Positions 59,377 to 64,000 of a stretch of DNA of 64,000 nt are shown here, one piece after another; position 1 is the first letter of the stretch, and each line of letters begins with the position of its first letter. Both the position numbers and the translations under genes were made by a program. Under the pieces are notes generated by a model. That model ran no database searches. It was given only the letters and a program-made list of their open reading frames with translations, and had not been told where the DNA came from. Source of the stretch: Candidatus Portnoybacteria bacterium (lineage in GTDB: Bacteria; Patescibacteriota; Minisyncoccia; Portnoybacterales; GWB1-42-6); contig JAQTYI010000004.1 of the NCBI GenBank assembly GCA_028688325.1, positions 8,638-72,637 on the forward strand, written 5' to 3'.

Positions 59377-60130
59377 ACCCACTATTGCCATAACTTCTTT
59401 AACCTGCTGCGAGGGTTGCCAGGTGGCCATTTTGGATCTGGGCGCCCGCTTCCTGGAGGTTGCCGAGCATGTTAAAGTTGGCGATTTTGCGCTGCTGGAA
59501 GACGCGCCGGACGCGCCAAATTACGATATTGTTTTTGTTGAAGGCGCGCCGATAACTGAAGAGAATATAGAGTGGCTGAAAAGATTGCGAGAGAAATCAA
59601 AAGTTCTGATAGCGCTTGGCGCCTGCGCGGCGCTGGGCGGCATCGCGGAAATAAAAAACTACCAGGATAAATTCGAGCGCATGCGCTATGTGTATAAGAA
59701 TTTTGAAGGCATCAATAATCCCGATATTAAGCCCATAAGCTATTATGTTAAAGTTGATTTTGAAATACCGGGCTGCCCCATAAATAAGGAAGAATTTCTG
59801 GCGGTTGTTAAACAGGTGCTGGCCGGGGTTCCGCCAAAAATTGCGCTCCGGCCGGTGTGTTATGAATGCCAGATGAAACAGAACAAGTGCCTTCTGCAGG
59901 AAGGCGAGCCATGCCTTGGTCCGTTAATGCTGGGAGGTTGCGGCGCGACATGTCCTTCAAGCGCTTACCCTTGCGACGGCTGCCGCGGGCCGATTCCCGG
60001 CGCCAATCCCGATAAACTAGAAAAACAATTATTGGCGCAGAATTACAGCCAGGAAGAAGTGGACCTGATATTGCAAAGATTCGGACTGGTGGATAGAGTG
60101 TATCCGGAGACACCGGCATCAACTAATTAA
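59363..60130 (+). CDS. hydD: [NiFe] hydrogenase small subunit (group 3b delta-like)
   Basis: Cys clusters typical of a small subunit (TCCEGCQ..., GCP, Cys-rich C-terminus). Confidence 0.72.
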   Translation: MPKTKPTIAITSLTCCEGCQVAILDLGARFLEVAEHVKVGDFALLEDAPDAPNYDIVFVEGAPITEENIEWLKRLREKSKVLIALGACAALGGIAEIKNYQDKFERMRYVYKNFEGINNPDIKPISYYVKVDFEIPGCPINKEEFLAVVKQVLAGVPPKIALRPVCYECQMKQNKCLLQEGEPCLGPLMLGGCGATCPSSAYPCDGCRGPIPGANPDKLEKQLLAQNYSQEEVDLILQRFGLVDRVYPETPASTN

Positions 60131-60239
60131 AATTAAAATTGCAAGTCAAAATTTAAAGGTCTTAATTCACTTCCCCGAAGCGGGAATACCGAACTTTTGA
60201 CTTTTGCATTTTGAGTTTTGACTTTGAGCGAAGCGAAAT

Positions 60240-61562
60240 ATGCATATTAAAATTGACCATGTTGCCAAAATAGAAGGTCATGCCAGTTTTACCGCCGATA
60301 TCGTGGACGGCAATGTCCAGAAAGCGCGATTTGATGTTATGGAAGGCGCGCGCTTGCTGGAAGGAATTTTGTGTTCCCGCAGCATTTTTGAGGTTTCGCA
60401 AATTTCCGCCCGGATTTGCGGCGTCTGCCCGGTGGTGCACACATTAACCAGTATCAAAGCGCTGGAAAAGGCGTTGGATATAGAAATTTCGGAGCAAACA
60501 TTATTGCTGCGCAAACTTATGATGATGGGCCAGATCTTGAACAGCCACGCTTTGCATCTTTTCTTTTTTTCACTATCCGATTTTTTCGGCCTTGACAGCG
60601 ATCTGACGCTCATTAAAAAATATCCCGCCCGAGCCAACGATGCCTTGGCATTGCGGGAATTTGGCAATAACCTTATTGAAGTTATCGGCGGCCGCTCCAT
60701 CCACCCGCTAACGCCGACCATCGGCGGATTCCTGAAGGTTCCCGATAGGGCAAAATTGGGAAAACTGTTTGACCAATGCGATAATGCGCTGGAATCGGCA
60801 AAAAATCTGGCTAAATTATTTTCCGAGCTGAAATATCCCGATTTTATCCGCTCGGCGCCCTACGCCAGTTTGACCCATCCCAATGAATACGCTTTTTGCG
60901 AGGGCTTGGTCAAAACGCCCGTGGAAGAAAAAGCGGGCATAGATGAGTTTATGAATATCCTGAAAGAACACCAGCTGCAAAACAGCGCGGTCAAGGCATC
61001 ATATTACCAAGGCAAGCCCTTTATGGTTGGAGCTGCTTCCCGACTCAATAATAATTCCGGCCAGTTGAATCCGGAGGCAAAAAAAGCGTTGAATAAAACG
61101 AAAATAATTTTGCCCTCGTTCAATCCGTTCCACAATATTTTAGCGCAAGCCGTAGAAATGGTTCATTGCGTTGAAGAAGCGCAAAAACTGCTGCGCCAGA
61201 TCTTGCAAAAAGAATTAAAGAACGAAGATCGCTCTGAGCGAGATAAGCTCATCCAGACAAAATTGCAAGCCATCAAAGGCGCGGTCAAGGGCTATGGAGC
61301 CATTGAAGCGCCCCGCGGCACGCTTTATTATTTTTACGAGATAGACCGCAATGGCAAGGTGGTTAATTGCAACATTATCACGCCGACTTCCCAGAATCTG
61401 GCGCGCCTGGAAAAAGACCTGGAAGAATATCTGCCTAAACTTGCCGGTCAAGCGCCGCGCAATAAAAAAGACGCCAAAACGCCCATCCAAAAAGCCGTGG
61501 AAGACAAGATAAAAATGCTCATCAGAGCGTATGACCCGTGCTTAACTTGCGCCACTCATTAG
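60240..61562 (+). CDS. hydA: [NiFe] hydrogenase large subunit (group 3b alpha-like), ending exactly at the second Ni-binding motif
   Basis: RICGVCPVVH (L1) and DPCLTCATH-stop (L2). Confidence 0.85.
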   Translation: MHIKIDHVAKIEGHASFTADIVDGNVQKARFDVMEGARLLEGILCSRSIFEVSQISARICGVCPVVHTLTSIKALEKALDIEISEQTLLLRKLMMMGQILNSHALHLFFFSLSDFFGLDSDLTLIKKYPARANDALALREFGNNLIEVIGGRSIHPLTPTIGGFLKVPDRAKLGKLFDQCDNALESAKNLAKLFSELKYPDFIRSAPYASLTHPNEYAFCEGLVKTPVEEKAGIDEFMNILKEHQLQNSAVKASYYQGKPFMVGAASRLNNNSGQLNPEAKKALNKTKIILPSFNPFHNILAQAVEMVHCVEEAQKLLRQILQKELKNEDRSERDKLIQTKLQAIKGAVKGYGAIEAPRGTLYYFYEIDRNGKVVNCNIITPTSQNLARLEKDLEEYLPKLAGQAPRNKKDAKTPIQKAVEDKIKMLIRAYDPCLTCATH

Positions 61563-61631
61563 CCAATCGCTGATCGCCGGTCGCTAATCACTTGTACTCG
61601 ATTTGCGATAAGCGCTTTGCGATAAGCGATT

Positions 61632-61871
61632 ATGCATGATTTCCACCTCGCCAATCAAATAGTCCAAACCGCCAAGGACTACGCGGCCGCAAACAACCTT
61701 TCACAAATCAAAAAAATCGTGGTAGAATTGGGCGATATCGCCGAACATCAGGAAAACATCACGCTGGACAATCTGGCGTATAATATAAATTTGTTGATGC
61801 CAATAGAAAAAGTGGAAGTTAAAAAAGTTAAAGGAGATGAATGGAAATTAATAAGCATAGAAGGAAATTAA
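61632..61871 (+). CDS. HypA-like nickel-insertion protein N-terminal domain only (no zinc-finger Cys)
   Basis: MHD N-terminus and HypA-like fold length, but zero Cys in 79 aa. Confidence 0.4.
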   Translation: MHDFHLANQIVQTAKDYAAANNLSQIKKIVVELGDIAEHQENITLDNLAYNINLLMPIEKVEVKKVKGDEWKLISIEGN

Positions 61872-61875
61872 CATT

Positions 61876-62793
61876 ATGCACGATCTGATAATCATCGGCG
61901 CCGGGCCGGCCGGGCTTTCAGCGGCTATCTACGCGGCGCGAAAAAAAATGAATCTTTTGGTATTGGCCGATGACGACAGAGGACAGACCGCGGAGGCGCA
62001 CCAAGTCGAAAATTATCTCGGTATTCCGTCAATTTCCGGCAACGAACTTAACGATAAGTTCCGCGAGCACGCAAAAATCCTCGGCATTGAAATCGGCGAT
62101 GGGAATGATGTTGAAAAAATAACCGGCAACGGCAACTCTTTTGAAATTACCGCTGGCGGCAAAAGCTATTCCGCCAAATGCCTAATCGTTGCCACGGGTA
62201 AAAAATACAGGGAGCTTGATGTACCGGGCGCCAAGGAGTTTAAAGGAAAGGGCATAACCTATTGCGCCACCTGCGACGCGCCGATGTTTAAAAATAAGGC
62301 CGTGGCGGTGGTGGGCGCGGGCGACGCGGGACAAGACGCGGCCTGGCAATTGATCAAGTATGCCAATAAAATATATCTGTTGAACAAATACCCGGAATTG
62401 CGGGGCGATAATCGGCAAATGCAGGAGCAGCTGAAAACACATCCGCAAGTGGAAATATTCAATAATTGCGAGCCGATGGAAATTAAGGGAGAGGGTTTTG
62501 TCGAATCGCTAACAATCAAATGCAACGGCAACGGTCGCGAGCAAGAAATACCGGTTAACGGCATTTTTGTGGAAATCGGCTCGGTTCCGGCTTCAAAATT
62601 TCTGGCTGGCATGGTAGAATTGAACGACAAAGAAGAGATAGTTGTCGACCCGAAAACCAATATGTCTTCCCGCCCCGGCATTTTCGCCGCCGGCGATGTC
62701 ACAAATGTGCCGCACAAACAAATGATAATAGCAGCCGGGGAAGGAGCCAAAGCGGCATTGTCTGTATATGAATATCTTAAGCAATCTAAATAA
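61876..62793 (+). CDS. trxB: Thioredoxin-disulfide reductase
   Basis: IIGAGPAGLSAAIYAAR; CATCDAPMF redox CxxC. Confidence 0.85.
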   Translation: MHDLIIIGAGPAGLSAAIYAARKKMNLLVLADDDRGQTAEAHQVENYLGIPSISGNELNDKFREHAKILGIEIGDGNDVEKITGNGNSFEITAGGKSYSAKCLIVATGKKYRELDVPGAKEFKGKGITYCATCDAPMFKNKAVAVVGAGDAGQDAAWQLIKYANKIYLLNKYPELRGDNRQMQEQLKTHPQVEIFNNCEPMEIKGEGFVESLTIKCNGNGREQEIPVNGIFVEIGSVPASKFLAGMVELNDKEEIVVDPKTNMSSRPGIFAAGDVTNVPHKQMIIAAGEGAKAALSVYEYLKQSK

Positions 62794-62835
62794 TTATAAG
62801 CCGTCATTTTTATGCTGCGTGCCGAGAAATTTATT

Positions 62836-62950
62836 TTTGGTCAATGACAAATTTCCAATGACCAATGACAAATAAAATCTCAAATTTCAATTTCGTATAA
62901 TTTGGATTTGGGGCTTGGACATTTATTGGTCATTTGGATTTGGTAATTAA
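62836..62950. repeat. Long AT-rich palindrome, CAATGACCAATG family (copy 3)
   Basis: gtcaatgacaaatttccaatgaccaatgacaaat...ggatttgg. Confidence 0.5.
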
Positions 62951-62998
62951 CCATTAAAAGATTAAATTCCTTGCTCGACTTTGAATGACTAAAAACAA

Positions 62999-63232
62999 GT
63001 GGTAAAAGTTTACAGTACCCCCACCTGTGCCTATTGCGTCACCTTAAAAAAATTCCTGACCGAGAAGGGAATCCAATTTGAAGCCGTGGATGTTTCGCAA
63101 GACGAAGCGGCGCTGAAAGAAATGGTTGCCAAATCCGGCCAAATGGGCGTGCCGGTGATCAACATCGACGGGCAGATCGTCGTGGGCTTTAATCGCAATA
63201 AAATTGTGGAACTTTTAAATATCAAAGAGTAA
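62999..63232 (+). CDS. Glutaredoxin-like protein (CAYC active site), paralog of 32138
   Basis: KVYSTPTCAYC...GVPVINIDGQIVVGF. Confidence 0.7.
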   Translation: MVKVYSTPTCAYCVTLKKFLTEKGIQFEAVDVSQDEAALKEMVAKSGQMGVPVINIDGQIVVGFNRNKIVELLNIKE

Positions 63233-63274
63233 ATTAGCTACGAATACGGATTTTTTACGAATATACGGATATTT

Positions 63275-63380
63275 TTCCCCTCTTTCGTAAAGAGGGGTTA
63301 GGGGAGATTTAAAAGCGCTTTATTTATCAAATAAAGCATTCTTAAATCCCTCCCAACCTCCCTTTAAAAAGGGAGGGGTA
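63275..63380. repeat. Two poly-C/poly-G hairpin elements in a nested palindromic intergenic complex
   Basis: ccctctttcgtaaagaggggttagggg and tccctcccaacctccctttaaaaagggaggggta, flanked by atacggat/atccgtat. Confidence 0.6.
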
Positions 63381-63424
63381 TAAATCCGTATATCTGCAAA
63401 TAATCTATCATCCGTAGAGATAAT

Positions 63425-63979
63425 ATGAACAAAAGTTTAATTATCCTTTTAGTCGTTGTTCTGCTTGTCGGCGGGTATTTTTGGTCGTTTTATAACGGCC
63501 TGGTCCAGCAAAGCCAGGCGATAGACGGCCAATGGGCGCAAGTGGAAAACCAATTCCAGCGCCGTTTTGATTTAATACCCAATTTGGTCTCTTCCGTGCA
63601 GGGCGCAATGAAGCAGGAGCAAAAAGTTTTCGGCGATCTGGCCGACGCCCGCACCAAATACAGCGGCGCGCAGACAACCAGCGAGAAAGCGGCGGCAGCC
63701 GGACAAGTGGAAAGCGCGCTCTCGCGTCTTTTGGTCATAATGGAAAATTATCCGCAATTAAAATCGATCGAAGCGGTGCAAACCCTAATGGTTCAGCTGG
63801 AAGGCACGGAAAATCGCGTGGCGGTGGAACGCGGCCGGTTCAATGAATTAACCCTCGTTTACAATACCCGCGTGACCCAGCTTCCGGGCAAGTTCCTGGC
63901 ACCAATGTTTGGCTTCTCGGCCAAACCGTATTTTGAAGCGGCTGCCGGCTCGGAAACCGCGCCCAAAGTAAATTTCTAA
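63425..63979 (+). CDS. lemA: LemA-family protein
   Basis: N-terminal TM plus the LemA conserved core (GLVQQSQAIDGQWAQVENQFQRRFDLIPNLV). Confidence 0.78.
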   Translation: MNKSLIILLVVVLLVGGYFWSFYNGLVQQSQAIDGQWAQVENQFQRRFDLIPNLVSSVQGAMKQEQKVFGDLADARTKYSGAQTTSEKAAAAGQVESALSRLLVIMENYPQLKSIEAVQTLMVQLEGTENRVAVERGRFNELTLVYNTRVTQLPGKFLAPMFGFSAKPYFEAAAGSETAPKVNF

Positions 63980-63988
63980 AAATAAAAT

Positions 63989-64000
63989 TGTCATCCTGAG
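63989..64000. repeat. Start of another GTCAT-family element (tgtcatcctgag) cut by the window edge
   Basis: TIR sequence at the last 12 nt. Confidence 0.4.

Overview
This 64 kb window looks like a chromosomal segment from a small-genome bacterium. Compact genes, weak Shine-Dalgarno use, an archaeal-type PGI/PMI, a group 3b [NiFe] hydrogenase and a lysine-rich sigma-70 N-terminus suggest a Patescibacteria/CPR-like lineage; this lineage assignment is an inference only.

**Housekeeping genes, in order:** rpsF (partial, - strand), ychF, a phosphohexomutase, RNase J, tRNA-Leu(CAG), a SIS-family sugar isomerase, an ABC family-5 substrate-binding protein, secG, a DUF360 membrane protein, a compact uvrC, uvrA, groES/groEL, a tRNA-Ser(GGA), dnaG, rpoD, tRNA-Asn(GTT), mscL, obg, malic enzyme, uppP, a MacAB-like efflux operon (adaptor, ATPase, two permeases), trxB and lemA.

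**Accessory content:**
- An AT-rich island at about 18.5-22.2 kb holds a coupled two-gene module of unknown proteins. It also contains two small GIY-YIG genes bracketing the tRNA-Ser, and a gamma-class N6-adenine DNA methyltransferase overlapping an unknown partner ORF (a candidate restriction-modification system).
- Further on are an XRE/DUF2975 pair, a run of small membrane proteins, an arsM-arsR-glutaredoxin module, and a copper module (HMA-membrane-cupredoxin fusion plus CopA).
- A sulfhydrogenase-like group 3b [NiFe] hydrogenase cluster runs beta, gamma, hypC, an EamA transporter, an unknown ORF, delta, alpha and a HypA-like gene.

**Most striking feature:** the window has an unusually high density of miniature repeat families, and several copies sit in frame inside essential genes.
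- A MITE-like family with GTCATYCYGAGC terminal inverted repeats has at least 13 copies. Some supply start codons or coding sequence.
- A poly-C/poly-G hairpin element is inserted in frame in uvrA, uvrC (twice), dnaG, uppP and hydB. Each time it encodes a Pro-Pro...Gly-Gly peptide.
- There are also CTAAAAAC-type tandem repeats, long AT-rich CAATGACCAATG palindromes and ATTCGGAT elements.

Separately, a GATGTC-N-GACATC operator-like array lies upstream of uvrA and of groESL.
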